DNA of 64,000 bases, from assembly GCA_043803385.1 (NCBI GenBank), contig JAZDKA010000009.1, positions 3,092 to 67,091 on the forward strand, given 5' to 3'. The notes under the pieces were generated by a model. That model was not told where the DNA came from and did no database searches. It saw only the letters and a program-made list of their open reading frames with translations. Below are positions 19,016 through 30,782 of this stretch, one piece after another (the first letter of the stretch is position 1; every line of letters starts with the position of its first letter). This stretch comes from Patescibacteria group bacterium (GTDB taxonomy: Bacteria > Patescibacteriota > Minisyncoccia > Moranbacterales > JAKLHP01). The translations under genes and the position numbers were made by a program.

Positions 19016-19897
19016 ATGTTTATCGGAAACCAAAAAATAGTTCAGTTTTTATCTAAAGTAGCGGGGAGCAATAAAATCGCCCAAGCTTATCTTTTTTCCG
19101 GTCCGGAAAGAGTGGGAAAATTTACGCTAGCCAAAATTTTTGCCAAGAGCTTGATTCAAAGAAAACCATCGAAACTTGAAAATGACAATAAAAATATTCC
19201 AGATCTCATCATCATAGAACCGGAAGTAGAAGAAAAAAAAGGAGTTATCAAAGAAAAAGATATAAAAATAGAGAAAATACGGGAAATCCAAAAAGACCTT
19301 GCCTTGTTTCCATATAGCGGAAAATTCAAAGTTTTGATTATCAACAATGCCCATAGAATGACCGTTTCCGCCCAAAATGCCCTGCTTAAAATACTGGAAG
19401 AACCAAATGAAACTTCTGTCATTATTCTGATAACGCACGAGGAATCAAAAATACTTCCCACCATAAAATCGCGCTGCCAGAAACTCAGTTTTTCCCTAGC
19501 CAGTGCGGAAGAAATTGTGAACATTGTTTCTGATAGCAAAGAAGCCAAAAAATTAGCGGTATTTTCTATGGGACGGCCAGGATTAGCTTTGGAAATAAAA
19601 GAAAATAAAGATATTTTTGATTTAAGGAATGAACACCTGAACTGCCTTAACAGGTTTCACTCAATGGGAATAAATGAAAGATTCAATCTGTCCGAAAAAC
19701 TTTCTTCGAATATTTCCGAATTAATTAATTTTTTGGAATTCTGGGTATGGATAATTAGAATAGAAGCGCTGAAAAGGGGAGAAAGAAAATTTTTTAATTT
19801 TCAAACAATTGAAAAGATAGGGAAAAGTTTGGAAATAATAAAAAATACCAATGCTAACGTGAGATTAGTTATTGAAAATTTATTTTTAGAAATATAA
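19016..19897 (+). CDS. holB: DNA polymerase III delta-prime subunit
   Basis: AYLFSGP..VGK, AQNALLKILEEP, LPTIKSRCQ. Confidence 0.9.
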   Translation: MFIGNQKIVQFLSKVAGSNKIAQAYLFSGPERVGKFTLAKIFAKSLIQRKPSKLENDNKNIPDLIIIEPEVEEKKGVIKEKDIKIEKIREIQKDLALFPYSGKFKVLIINNAHRMTVSAQNALLKILEEPNETSVIILITHEESKILPTIKSRCQKLSFSLASAEEIVNIVSDSKEAKKLAVFSMGRPGLALEIKENKDIFDLRNEHLNCLNRFHSMGINERFNLSEKLSSNISELINFLEFWVWIIRIEALKRGERKFFNFQTIEKIGKSLEIIKNTNANVRLVIENLFLEI

Positions 19898-19898
19898 A

Positions 19899-20852
19899 AT
19901 GTTTTGGAGAAAAAAGAAAAACAAAAGACTGGATCTCGAATCAAGAGCTCCCAAGAAAAGGAGAAGCTTTTTTGAAAAGAAAGAAAAAGAAAGAAATAAT
20001 CCAGTTTTTTTAAGAATAGTTTCCAAAATGCTCCGGACAGTTTTTCTTGCTTTAGTCGGATATGTCTTGTTTTTTTCTCCTTTTCTGGAAATAAAAGAGA
20101 TATCCGTTAAGGGAATTTCAGAATTGAATTATGGCGATGTTCTCCAAAAAGCAGTTGGAATTTCCAAGGAAAAATATCTTCGCTTAATACCAAAGAATAA
20201 TTTGATAATTTTTCCTTCAAATAAAGCAGAAAGAGAGATATTGAATAGCTTTAAAAAAATAAGCTCCGTGGAAGTAAAAAAAGTTTTTCCTGACAGAATA
20301 GAGGTAGCAGTTGTTGAAAGAAAGTCTCTTTTGATTTGGTGTTCAGCTGGGCCATGCTACGTTATCGATGAAAACGGCTATGCTTACAATAACGCTGATT
20401 TTGAATCAGAAGAAATAAAGCAGAATAATTTGCTCACCATAATTGATGACAGCGCCAAGCCGGTAATTTTAGGGGAAAAAGTATTAAATAAGAACTATAT
20501 TGATTTCGTTTCCGATTCAGGAGACGAGCTTAATAAAGAATTAGGAATGAAAATAACAGGCGAGTACCGGACGAAGTCAAGAATAGCAGAAGAAATAAGA
20601 ATTAAAGCCGAAGAAGGATTTGAAATATTTTTTTCCACCAGCCTTCCAATGAGCGGAAGCATGCAAACGCTTAAAACGTTTTTGGAAAAGGAAATGGCAG
20701 GCAAAGATAAAAGCAAACTTGAATATATTGATCTTCGAGCGGAAAATAAAGTATATTACAAATTTAAAGACGGAGAATCACAAAATAACACAGAAACGCA
20801 ACAGCCAGCACAGCAAGATAATAAAAAAGATACGAAAAAGAAGAAAAACTAA
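19899..20852 (+). CDS. FtsQ/DivIB-like POTRA protein
   Basis: Basic N-tail, one TM, V.KVFPDRIEVAVVER, EYIDLR motif. Confidence 0.8.
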   Translation: MFWRKKKNKRLDLESRAPKKRRSFFEKKEKERNNPVFLRIVSKMLRTVFLALVGYVLFFSPFLEIKEISVKGISELNYGDVLQKAVGISKEKYLRLIPKNNLIIFPSNKAEREILNSFKKISSVEVKKVFPDRIEVAVVERKSLLIWCSAGPCYVIDENGYAYNNADFESEEIKQNNLLTIIDDSAKPVILGEKVLNKNYIDFVSDSGDELNKELGMKITGEYRTKSRIAEEIRIKAEEGFEIFFSTSLPMSGSMQTLKTFLEKEMAGKDKSKLEYIDLRAENKVYYKFKDGESQNNTETQQPAQQDNKKDTKKKKN

Positions 20853-20856
20853 TCGG

Positions 20857-20978
20857 AAATTTTCAATTTTCAATTTACAATTTTCAATCGATTTACAATT
20901 TTCAATTACCCAAACTTTGAAAATTAAAAATTTAGTTATTGAAAATTCATTGTAAATTAATCATTGATAATTGAAATT
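20857..20978. repeat. Inverted pair of degenerate heptamer arrays (TTTTCAA / TTGAAAA)
   Basis: TTTTCAA TTTTCAA TTTACAA TTTTCAA..., then TTGAAAA/TTGTAAA/TTGATAA units. Confidence 0.85.
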
Positions 20979-20979
20979 T

Positions 20980-22068
20980 ATGAAAATAGGTATTGTAGGA
21001 TTACCAAATGTAGGCAAGAGTACTCTTTTTAAAGCCTTGACCAGAAATCCGGTGGATATTAATAATTATCCATTTTGTACGATTGAGCCGAATGTAGGAA
21101 TTGTGAAAGTGCCCGATGAAAGGCTGGAAAAACTGGCTGAAATGTCAAAAAGCAAGAAAATTGTTCCGGCGATTGTGGAGTTTGTGGATATTGCCGGCTT
21201 GGTCAAGGGAGCAAGCGAAGGCGAAGGATTGGGCAATAAATTTTTGTCGCATATCCGGGAAGTGGACGCAATCATTGAAGTTGTCCGCGTGTTCGATAAT
21301 TCCAATATTATCCATGTCTATAATCGGGTAGATCCGCTGGAAGACATCGAAATAATAAATACGGAATTAATTTTGGCGGATTTGGAAACAGTTAAGAAAG
21401 TAGAGTCGAGGTTTGAAAAAGAGAAGAAAGGGAATGCTAAAGATGCGGATAAAAAACTGGAAATTGTTGGGGTTATTAAAAAAAATCTTGAAAGTGGAAA
21501 ATTAGCTATAGAATCGGAGATAGATTTAAAAGATGAAACTACAAAAATAGTTGTCAGGGAATTATCGCTTTTAACAATAAAACCATTTTTGTATGTCTAT
21601 AATGCTTGCCCCGTTAAATCCGACGAAGTCGGAGCGAAGCTGTTTAACGGGGTGTGTTACAAGCTTTTAGAAGAATTAATTGAGAGGAAGAACTTTATTG
21701 TTTTGGATATTAAGATTGAAGAGGAATTAAACGAAATGTCGAAAGAAGAAATTGAAGAAATGGAACTAAAAAGCAATATTAATGAACTAATATTAAAATC
21801 CTATGAACTTTTAGGCTTGATAACATTTTTAACTACTGGAGAAGACGAAAGCCGAGCTTGGACTATTGAAAATGGATCGACAGCACCGGAAGCCGGAGCG
21901 GCAATTCACAATGACTTTAAAGATAAATTTATCTGCGCTGATGTAATTTATTGGGAAAAGCTTCTGGAAGCCGGCTCTTGGACGAAAGCGCGGGAATTCG
22001 GCTGGCTAAGGACGGAAGGTAAAGAATATGTTGTGAGAGACGGGGATGTGGTAGAATTTAAGATTTAG
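20980..22068 (+). CDS. ychF: Redox-regulated ATPase YchF
   Basis: GIVGLPNVGKSTLF, NYPFCTIEPN, DIAGLV, EGKEYVV.DGDV. Confidence 0.97.
   Translation: MKIGIVGLPNVGKSTLFKALTRNPVDINNYPFCTIEPNVGIVKVPDERLEKLAEMSKSKKIVPAIVEFVDIAGLVKGASEGEGLGNKFLSHIREVDAIIEVVRVFDNSNIIHVYNRVDPLEDIEIINTELILADLETVKKVESRFEKEKKGNAKDADKKLEIVGVIKKNLESGKLAIESEIDLKDETTKIVVRELSLLTIKPFLYVYNACPVKSDEVGAKLFNGVCYKLLEELIERKNFIVLDIKIEEELNEMSKEEIEEMELKSNINELILKSYELLGLITFLTTGEDESRAWTIENGSTAPEAGAAIHNDFKDKFICADVIYWEKLLEAGSWTKAREFGWLRTEGKEYVVRDGDVVEFKI
21608..21653. repeat. CCCYGTTAAAT palindromic element in frame within ychF
   Basis: GCCCCGTTAAA...TTTAACGGGGT with inner TCCGAC-GAA-GTCGGA and GCGAAGC hairpins. Confidence 0.85.
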
Positions 22069-22070
22069 TC

Positions 22071-22099
22071 TTGACACGAAACAAAATATTTTCTAGAAT
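22071..22099 (+). promoter_or_regulatory. groEL promoter
   Basis: TTGACA-N17-TAGAAT. Confidence 0.8.
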
Positions 22100-22102
22100 G
22101 TA

Positions 22103-22129
22103 TTAGCAGTCTATCGGATAGATTGCTAA
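22103..22129. promoter_or_regulatory. CIRCE operator (HrcA)
   Basis: TTAGCAGTC-N9-GATTGCTAA vs consensus TTAGCACTC-N9-GAGTGCTAA, directly upstream of groEL. Confidence 0.9.
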
Positions 22130-22142
22130 ATTTTATAATTAA

Positions 22143-23858
<1,716 letters not shown>

Positions 23859-23956
23859 GACGCAGACTTACGCAGAATTTGTAAAGGATGAAATTTTAAA
23901 GACAGGGAATGCGGAAAGTATTCCCTGTCTTTTTGTTTTGTGTTATAATTCAGATA

Positions 23957-24901
23957 ATGAAAATTATAAATTTCGTAAGTAAATCGAATATAAAACGGGA
24001 AGCGGAGGATCTGGGCGTTTCTGTCTGGCAAACTCCGAGTTTTTTATTTTTAATAATGGGAATTTTCATAGTGATTGTTATGACTGTCGTCTATTATCTT
24101 TCCCGCTTTTATGATTCTCCGGAGATTTTGATTTTTAGCGAAAGCGCCGTAGTAATAGTCATTTTATCAATTGGAAATGTCATAATCCAAAGCATTGAGC
24201 AGATAGCCAGAGCCAATAAGATAAAATCAGAATTTATTACTATCGCCTCCCATCAGCTAAAAACGCCTCTTTCTCAAATAAACTGGGAGCTAGAGATACT
24301 TCTTTTTAAAAATAAAGAAGGATTAACTCCGAAACAGCTGGAATTAATAAATACGATAAAACAGTCCCATACAACAATGACTAGGCTGGTTAATGACCTT
24401 TTGGATGTGGCGAGAATCGACCAGGGGAAATTCATTCTTAATAAAGAAAAAATAAATATTATTGAAATTATTGATGAAATTATTGATAATAATAAAGTTT
24501 TGGCCAAAGCCAGCAATGTCGAGATAAATTTAATAAAACCGGAAAAAGTTCCGGGAATCTTGGCGGATAAAAAAAGAATCGGCGTGGCGATAGACAACCT
24601 TATTTCTAACGCAATAAAATACATAGAGAAAAAGGGACTTGTTGAGATAAAAATTAAGCCAGATGACAAAAATATCATTGTTTCTGTGAAAGATAGCGGA
24701 GTAGGAATACCAAAAAATCAGCAAGACAAAGTTTTCCAGAAGTTTTTTAGAAGCAATAACGTGGTAAAATATCAAACAGAGGGAACTGGATTAGGACTTT
24801 TTATAAGTAAAAATATTATAGAACAATCAGGAGGAAAAATATGGTTCAAATCGACAGAAAAAGAAGGATCTGATTTTTGTTTTTCATTGCCAATTAATTA
24901 A
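23957..24901 (+). CDS. Sensor histidine kinase
   Basis: Two TMs; ASHQLKTPL H-box; NLISNAIKY, DSGVGI, GTGLGL. Confidence 0.93.
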   Translation: MKIINFVSKSNIKREAEDLGVSVWQTPSFLFLIMGIFIVIVMTVVYYLSRFYDSPEILIFSESAVVIVILSIGNVIIQSIEQIARANKIKSEFITIASHQLKTPLSQINWELEILLFKNKEGLTPKQLELINTIKQSHTTMTRLVNDLLDVARIDQGKFILNKEKINIIEIIDEIIDNNKVLAKASNVEINLIKPEKVPGILADKKRIGVAIDNLISNAIKYIEKKGLVEIKIKPDDKNIIVSVKDSGVGIPKNQQDKVFQKFFRSNNVVKYQTEGTGLGLFISKNIIEQSGGKIWFKSTEKEGSDFCFSLPIN

Positions 24902-24989
24902 ACTCGCTAATTAAGAGCGAATTTAAAGCTAATGGATGCGAATATTGGCTCTAATTCGCCAACATTAGCTCTTCATTCGCGAGTATTTT

Positions 24990-25367
24990 ATGGAAAAAAA
25001 GAAACTATTAATCGTGGAAGATGACAGTATTTTGCAAAAAGCGCTTCAAGAATTTTTGTCAGAAGAAGGATTTGAAATTTTTAGCGCATTAGACGGAGAA
25101 GAAGGAGTAAAAATGGCTAAGGAGAACATGCCAGATTTAATTCTATTGGATATTATTCTTCCCAGGAAAGACGGCTATGAAGTTCTAAGAGAGTTAAAAG
25201 CCGAAGATTCTACAAAAAACATTCCGATAGTTCTTCTCACTAATCTCGGCAGCCTTAATGATGTCGAAAAGGCCATTGGGTTGGGTGCCACCACATACTT
25301 GATAAAAGCAGATTATAAACTCGAAGAAGTATCCAAGAAAATAAAAGAAGTATTAAAAATAGAGTAG
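24990..25367 (+). CDS. Single-domain response regulator
   Basis: LIVEDD, PDLILLDIILP..DG. Confidence 0.93.
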   Translation: MEKKKLLIVEDDSILQKALQEFLSEEGFEIFSALDGEEGVKMAKENMPDLILLDIILPRKDGYEVLRELKAEDSTKNIPIVLLTNLGSLNDVEKAIGLGATTYLIKADYKLEEVSKKIKEVLKIE

Positions 25368-25369
25368 CG

Positions 25370-25497
25370 ATACGAACAATACGAACTATCATACGAATAT
25401 AACGAACAGTTCGCAGCATTCGTATTTACCCTGTTAAATCCCGCTAAGCGGGACGACCTCGTTGTATTCAACAGGGTGAATTCGTAGATTAGTGTCG
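25370..25497. repeat. TACGAA ~9-mer inverted array with nested CCCTGTTAAAT element (25428-25477)
   Basis: TACGAA units then TTCGCA/TTCGTA units; ACCCTGTTAAAT...ATTCAACAGGGT inserted in right arm. Confidence 0.8.
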
Positions 25498-25507
25498 CTA
25501 TAAATTT

Positions 25508-27265
25508 ATGAGAATTGAAAGTGAACGCCTTAGGGATTTCATACTAGACGCTAATCTTATAGACAAGGATAAGCTTGAGGAAGCTTATTCTGCTGCAACT
25601 AAGGAGGGAAAGCATTTGGGAGATCTTTTGCTGGAGAAAAAAATAGTGAGTGATATAGAACTTAGAAAACTATACGCATATATTTTAGGAATTCCTTATG
25701 TTGATTTGAGAAAAAATATAATATCTCCTGATATTTTACAAATTGTTCCCGAGCCCATTGCCAAAAAATACAACATTGTCGCCTTTGAAAAAATAGGAAA
25801 CGATCTCAAAGTCGCGATGCTTAATCCCGAAAATCTTCAGATCATAGACTTTATCAAAAAAAAGACTGGACTAAAAATTGTTCCCTGCCTGACTTCACTC
25901 GATAGCATTAAAGCGGTAATAAAGCAATATGAAAAAAGTCTTAAAGCTGAATTTGGAGACATAATAGAAAAAAGTTCACAGGAAATAACGGGACAAACCG
26001 AAGAGGAAAAAGAAAAAGATCTTGAAGAAATAGCCCAGGGACTTCCGGTAATCCGGATAATTGACACCTTACTTAAACATGCCATTTTGCAATCTGCCAG
26101 TGATATCCACATAGAACCCTGCGAAAAAGAGGTGATAGTGCGTTATAGGATAGATGGCATTCTTCACGACGCAATGACGCTTCCCCGAGAAGTTCTTTCG
26201 GGAATTGTAGCCAGGATTAAGGTATTATCTAATTTGAAATTAGATGAGCATCGGCTTCCTCAAGACGGAAGATTTAAAATCGAAAATGAAAATTATAAAT
26301 TCTCTCTGCGTGTAAGCATACTTCCTGTTTTTGACGGAGAGAAGGTTGTCATGAGACTTCTAGACGAATCATCTAAGGGTCTGACTCTGGAAAAAATGGG
26401 ACTTTCCGGAAAATCTTTAGAGATAGTCCACCAGGAAATTAAAAGGCCCAATGGGATGGTCTTGGTTACCGGGCCGACTGGAAGCGGAAAAACTACGACT
26501 CTCTATACCGTGATGGACATAATTAATACTCCGGATGTCAATATCAGCACCGTTGAAGACCCGATAGAGTACAGAATGCCAAGAGTAAATCAGACCCAAG
26601 TCAATCCTAAAATAGGCATGACTTTCGCTTCAGCGTTAAGGTCTTTGGTCCGCCAAGACCCAGATATTATTATGGTTGGAGAAATTAGGGACAAAGAAAC
26701 TCTGGAAATTGCCATTCACTCAGCGCTTACGGGACATCTAGTGCTTTCTACTCTTCACACCAATAGTGCCGCTGGAGCTCTCCCTAGGATGATAGATATG
26801 GGAGCGGAACCCTTTCTCATTGCTTCAACAGTTAATGTGATTATTGCCCAAAGATTGGTAAGAAAGCTTTGTCCTGAATGCAAAGCGGAATATACTTTGA
26901 CGGAAAAAGAAATAAAAACGCTAAAAAATACAGTCAATGTTGATGGAATTATGGAATATATGAAAAAAGAAAATGAATTGAGCAAAATAGTCAAATCAGC
27001 TAGCAGTTTGTCTGATATTAAATTTTATAAGCCGAAAGGATGTGATCAATGCGGAAATGAAGGATACCATGGAAGAATTGGTATTTTTGAGGTTTTGGAT
27101 GTCAATGAAGATATTGAAAAAATGATAGTGGGACTAGCTTCAACGGAAACAATTGAGAGAAAAGCAAAGGAAAATGGAATGGCCACAATGATCGAAGATG
27201 GATTTGCCAAGGCAGTCCAAGGAATAACTTCAATTGAGGAAGTTTTGAGAGTAACCAAGGAATAA
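25508..27265 (+). CDS. pilB: Type IV pilus/T2SS assembly ATPase (PilB/GspE family)
   Basis: ASDIHIEP, PQDGRF, GPTGSGKTTT, RQDPDIIMVGEIRD, HLVLSTLHTN. Confidence 0.92.
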   Translation: MRIESERLRDFILDANLIDKDKLEEAYSAATKEGKHLGDLLLEKKIVSDIELRKLYAYILGIPYVDLRKNIISPDILQIVPEPIAKKYNIVAFEKIGNDLKVAMLNPENLQIIDFIKKKTGLKIVPCLTSLDSIKAVIKQYEKSLKAEFGDIIEKSSQEITGQTEEEKEKDLEEIAQGLPVIRIIDTLLKHAILQSASDIHIEPCEKEVIVRYRIDGILHDAMTLPREVLSGIVARIKVLSNLKLDEHRLPQDGRFKIENENYKFSLRVSILPVFDGEKVVMRLLDESSKGLTLEKMGLSGKSLEIVHQEIKRPNGMVLVTGPTGSGKTTTLYTVMDIINTPDVNISTVEDPIEYRMPRVNQTQVNPKIGMTFASALRSLVRQDPDIIMVGEIRDKETLEIAIHSALTGHLVLSTLHTNSAAGALPRMIDMGAEPFLIASTVNVIIAQRLVRKLCPECKAEYTLTEKEIKTLKNTVNVDGIMEYMKKENELSKIVKSASSLSDIKFYKPKGCDQCGNEGYHGRIGIFEVLDVNEDIEKMIVGLASTETIERKAKENGMATMIEDGFAKAVQGITSIEEVLRVTKE

Positions 27266-27395
27266 ATACGAAATACGAAATCCGAAGCACGAAACAAATT
27301 CAAAATTATAATTTTTGAATAACCAAAACATTTTTGTCATTTGAATTTAGATATTGGATATTGTTTCGAATTTCGAGTTTTGATATTCGGATTTA
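27264..27395. repeat. Inverted pair of heptamer arrays (AAATACG/AAATCCG vs CGGATTT)
   Basis: AAATACG AAATACG AAATCCG AAGCACG ... CGAATTT CGAGTTT TGATATT CGGATTT. Confidence 0.85.
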
Positions 27396-27403
27396 AAATC
27401 GTT

Positions 27404-28624
27404 ATGCCTAAATTTTATTTTACCGCGAAAAGCTTCGATGGAAAATTTCGAGATGGAGAAGCTGAAGCAAGGGATGAAAGGACATTGGCTCAAAGTCTCC
27501 GAAGCGAGGGTTTTTTGATGACATCCATAAAATCTCTGAGTTCCGAGAAGAAAGAAGCAGGAATAAAATTCCTTGATCGTTTTTTTGGCGTTCCCCTTAA
27601 AGAAAAAATGATGTTTGCCAGAAATTTGAGCGTTATGATTGCTTCAGGACTTCCTATTTCCAAAGGAATCAAAAATCTTTCAATCCAGACAAAAAATAAA
27701 AAATTTAAAAAAATACTCGTGGAAATAAATGAAGAATTGCAGAAAGGAACGTCTCTCAATGAAAGCCTCAAAAAATATCCGGCTGTTTTTAGCGATTTGT
27801 TTGTAAGCATGGTAAAGGTAGGCGAAACTGGCGGAACTTTAGAGGAAACTTTGAATATGGTCGCTACTCAATTGGAAAAGGAGCATGATCTTATAAGCAA
27901 AATAAGAGGCGCAATGATGTATCCTTCGGTTATTCTTGTAGCAATGACAGGGATAGGAATATTGATGATAACTTTTATACTGCCAAAGCTCATGGGAGTT
28001 TTCAAGGATATGAACGTAGATTTGCCTCCAACGACGAAAGCAATGATTGGTATCAGCGATTTTTTGAGGAATCATAGCATAATATCAGTGATTTCCTTTT
28101 TAATATTTCTCATAGTTATGAAATTATTTTGGGGCTCAAGGTCCGGAAAAAAGTTTTTTGGGCTTGTCGCAATAAAGCTTCCCTTAATAAAAAACATTAT
28201 AATCAAAGTGAATTGCGCACGTTTCGCCAGAATTTATAGTTCGCTTCTGAAAAGCGGAATCTCAGTCATTGACGCCTTGAAAATATGCTCCGATACTCTA
28301 GGAAATTATTATTATAAAAAAGCAATAAATGACAGCATAGACAAGGTGCAAAAGGGCATAGCCCTAAGCAACATTATTTCTTCTTATCCCAATATTTTTC
28401 CTCCCCTGGTTTATCAAATGGTCGAAGTAGGCGAAGAAACCGGAAAGATAGAAGCAGTTCTGATGAAACTGGCTGAATTTTACGAAGAAGAAGTCGAACA
28501 AATTACCAAGAACATGTCTTCCATCATAGAGCCGGTTCTCATGCTTATTATTGGGTCTGCGGTAGGACTTTTTGCAGTGTCGATGCTTCAGCCAATGTAT
28601 AGCTTGATGGACAATATTAAATAG
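27404..28624 (+). CDS. pilC: Type IV pilus platform protein (PilC/GspF family)
   Basis: Two GE..G.L repeats, AMMYP, IIEP.L; ATG 27404 preferred. Confidence 0.92.
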   Translation: MPKFYFTAKSFDGKFRDGEAEARDERTLAQSLRSEGFLMTSIKSLSSEKKEAGIKFLDRFFGVPLKEKMMFARNLSVMIASGLPISKGIKNLSIQTKNKKFKKILVEINEELQKGTSLNESLKKYPAVFSDLFVSMVKVGETGGTLEETLNMVATQLEKEHDLISKIRGAMMYPSVILVAMTGIGILMITFILPKLMGVFKDMNVDLPPTTKAMIGISDFLRNHSIISVISFLIFLIVMKLFWGSRSGKKFFGLVAIKLPLIKNIIIKVNCARFARIYSSLLKSGISVIDALKICSDTLGNYYYKKAINDSIDKVQKGIALSNIISSYPNIFPPLVYQMVEVGEETGKIEAVLMKLAEFYEEEVEQITKNMSSIIEPVLMLIIGSAVGLFAVSMLQPMYSLMDNIK

Positions 28625-28760
28625 TATTTAGTATATCGTATCCAGTATCTAGTATTATTTTTTTATAAAATAATTATTTTGCTAAGTAATATCGGATACT
28701 GCGTATGACAATTTTTATTTATGATACAAAATACTAAATACAAAATACTAAATACAAAAA
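28622..28760. repeat. Inverted pair of heptamer arrays (TAGTATT / AATACTA), right arm overlaps pilin start
   Basis: TAGTATT TAGTATA TCGTATC CAGTATC TAGTATT ... GATACAA AATACTA AATACAA AATACTA AATACAA. Confidence 0.85.
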
Positions 28761-30130
28761 ATGGTTTTACCATCATTGAAGCGCTGGTCTTGCTTTTTAT
28801 TTTTTGCCTAGTTACAGTAAGTTTTTATTCAACTCTCACACTGGGGTTAAGGTATATTCAGGATTCCAAGAATCGCTTGGGTGCCACTGCCTTGGCTAAC
28901 GAAAGAATGGAAATTGTAAGGAATTTAAAATATGATAGTATCGGGACAGAAGGAGGAGAGATCGAAGGGAATATTCTTCAAGATGAGAACGTTGCTGAAA
29001 ATACTAGGCAATACTCTGTCCATACTCTGGTTGAATACGTGGACGATCCGATCGATGGGCTGGCAGGCGAGGATTCTGCATGGTGGGCTGATTATAAAAG
29101 GGTTACAATCACTGTCTCTTGGAATAATAGCAATTTATCTAATGGCAAGGTAGTTCTTTCTTCTTTTTTTCCTCCTCCTGGACGGGAGGTCCAGCATCTT
29201 GGAGACGGAATACTTTCAGTGAATGTCTGCAGTGATCAAGGAGAAAAAAAAGGAGTTCCCGATTCTTACGTCCATATACAAAATTCAGAGACAGGGTTAA
29301 ATACCGGAAAAGACACAGATACTTCCGGCTACGCGGTTTTTATGGGAAGCAATGTGAGGGATTCAGTCCAAAAATACGAAATAACGGCGAGCAAGGATGG
29401 ATACGAAACGGTAAGCACGATGCCTCCTTATCCGATAACTTCCTATATTCCGGATTTTCCTCATGCTACTGTTATTACCGCGGGCGGGGCAGTTAATGTG
29501 GCCTATATTATTCAGAATAAATTAGCAGAAAATCTCACCATTTTTACCGAAAATTATCTCGGAGAATCTTTGCCCAATATAGATTTTCACTTGATAGGAG
29601 GGAAAAAAATAGGAAAGCAGCCAGCCGAGCCTTTTGACGCTGTCTATAATCTTGATTCCAATGAAAAAACTAATGGAGATGGAAAAAAGGATTTAGGCGC
29701 GGTAAGTCCGGGAGACTACACTTTTTCTCTTGTCAATCCTGCGCTTGCAAACTATGAAATAATATCAGCTGACCCTTATTTGCAATCCGGTTCTTCTTTT
29801 GAGCAATTTAGTCTTTCTTCTGACCAATCTCTAAATTTCAAAATCAAATTGGCTAGTAAAAGCGAAACCTCTATTTTAGTTAAAGTTGTAGACACCAATA
29901 GTTCTCCGATTTCCGGAGCGCAGGTAAAGTTAAGCAATACTAGCGGATACGATATTACGCAATCTACAACGAGCGAAGGCAATGCATTTTTCCCTACCAC
30001 GAGCGATTTATTTGCCAGCGGTACGTATGATCTCAAAGTGACAGCTGATGGTTTTCAGGATAATGATTCCCAGGTAATAATTAGCACGAATCAGCTAAAA
30101 GTAGAAACAATAACTTTGTTAGCTCCATAA
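28721..30130 (+). CDS. Large minor pilin with carboxypeptidase-regulatory-like domains
   Basis: Prepilin site G|FTIIE; C-terminal VVD..SSPISGAQV beta domains. Confidence 0.85.
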   Translation: MIQNTKYKILNTKNGFTIIEALVLLFIFCLVTVSFYSTLTLGLRYIQDSKNRLGATALANERMEIVRNLKYDSIGTEGGEIEGNILQDENVAENTRQYSVHTLVEYVDDPIDGLAGEDSAWWADYKRVTITVSWNNSNLSNGKVVLSSFFPPPGREVQHLGDGILSVNVCSDQGEKKGVPDSYVHIQNSETGLNTGKDTDTSGYAVFMGSNVRDSVQKYEITASKDGYETVSTMPPYPITSYIPDFPHATVITAGGAVNVAYIIQNKLAENLTIFTENYLGESLPNIDFHLIGGKKIGKQPAEPFDAVYNLDSNEKTNGDGKKDLGAVSPGDYTFSLVNPALANYEIISADPYLQSGSSFEQFSLSSDQSLNFKIKLASKSETSILVKVVDTNSSPISGAQVKLSNTSGYDITQSTTSEGNAFFPTTSDLFASGTYDLKVTADGFQDNDSQVIISTNQLKVETITLLAP

Positions 30131-30131
30131 A

Positions 30132-30782
30132 ATGATTCTTAGAAAAAAATCACAATTTAAGCGGGGACTTACGCTGGTTGAAATGCTGGTAGCCATAGCG
30201 ATTTTTGTCATCGGAATGGAAGGATTTACTCTGCTTTTTACCCGGACTTGGAAAGCCAATTCTTACACATTGGAAATGGGGCAGTCGTCCATGGCGGTTT
30301 CCCAAGGGCTAAGCAAAACAGTGAATTATATTCGCGGAGCCAGGCAGGCAGATAATGGTTCTTATCCAATAAAATCAGCTAGCGATAATGATTTTGTTAT
30401 TTACTCTGATTATAACAAGGACGGAATAACGGAAAGATTGCATTTTTACAAAAATAATCAAAATATTTTGATGGGAGTTACAAATCCTACAGGTGCAATA
30501 CCTAAGACATATCCTTCTGGAGACCAGCAAATAATCACTATCGCCAGCTATATCGTGAACGATGCCAATACGCCGATCTTTTATTATTACAACAAAGATT
30601 ATCCCGGAGATGCTGAAAATAATCCAATGAGCGCTCCGATAGACATTTCAAAAATCCGGTTAATGAAAATATATCTGAAAATAAACATAAATCCCAATAG
30701 GACTCCTGATAATATCGAAATGCAATCTTTTGTGGAAATTAGAAATCTTAATGATTATGACAAAGTTGGAAGTCAAAGTTAA
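30132..30782 (+). CDS. Minor pilin (prepilin N-terminal methylation motif)
   Basis: G|LTLVEMLVAIAI. Confidence 0.88.
   Translation: MILRKKSQFKRGLTLVEMLVAIAIFVIGMEGFTLLFTRTWKANSYTLEMGQSSMAVSQGLSKTVNYIRGARQADNGSYPIKSASDNDFVIYSDYNKDGITERLHFYKNNQNILMGVTNPTGAIPKTYPSGDQQIITIASYIVNDANTPIFYYYNKDYPGDAENNPMSAPIDISKIRLMKIYLKININPNRTPDNIEMQSFVEIRNLNDYDKVGSQS

Noticed and set aside
20719-20955. 78-aa ORF, and the 21-aa extension of pilC from 27341
   Set aside because: Translations of heptamer arrays (FSIFNLQFSI-type low-complexity peptides)
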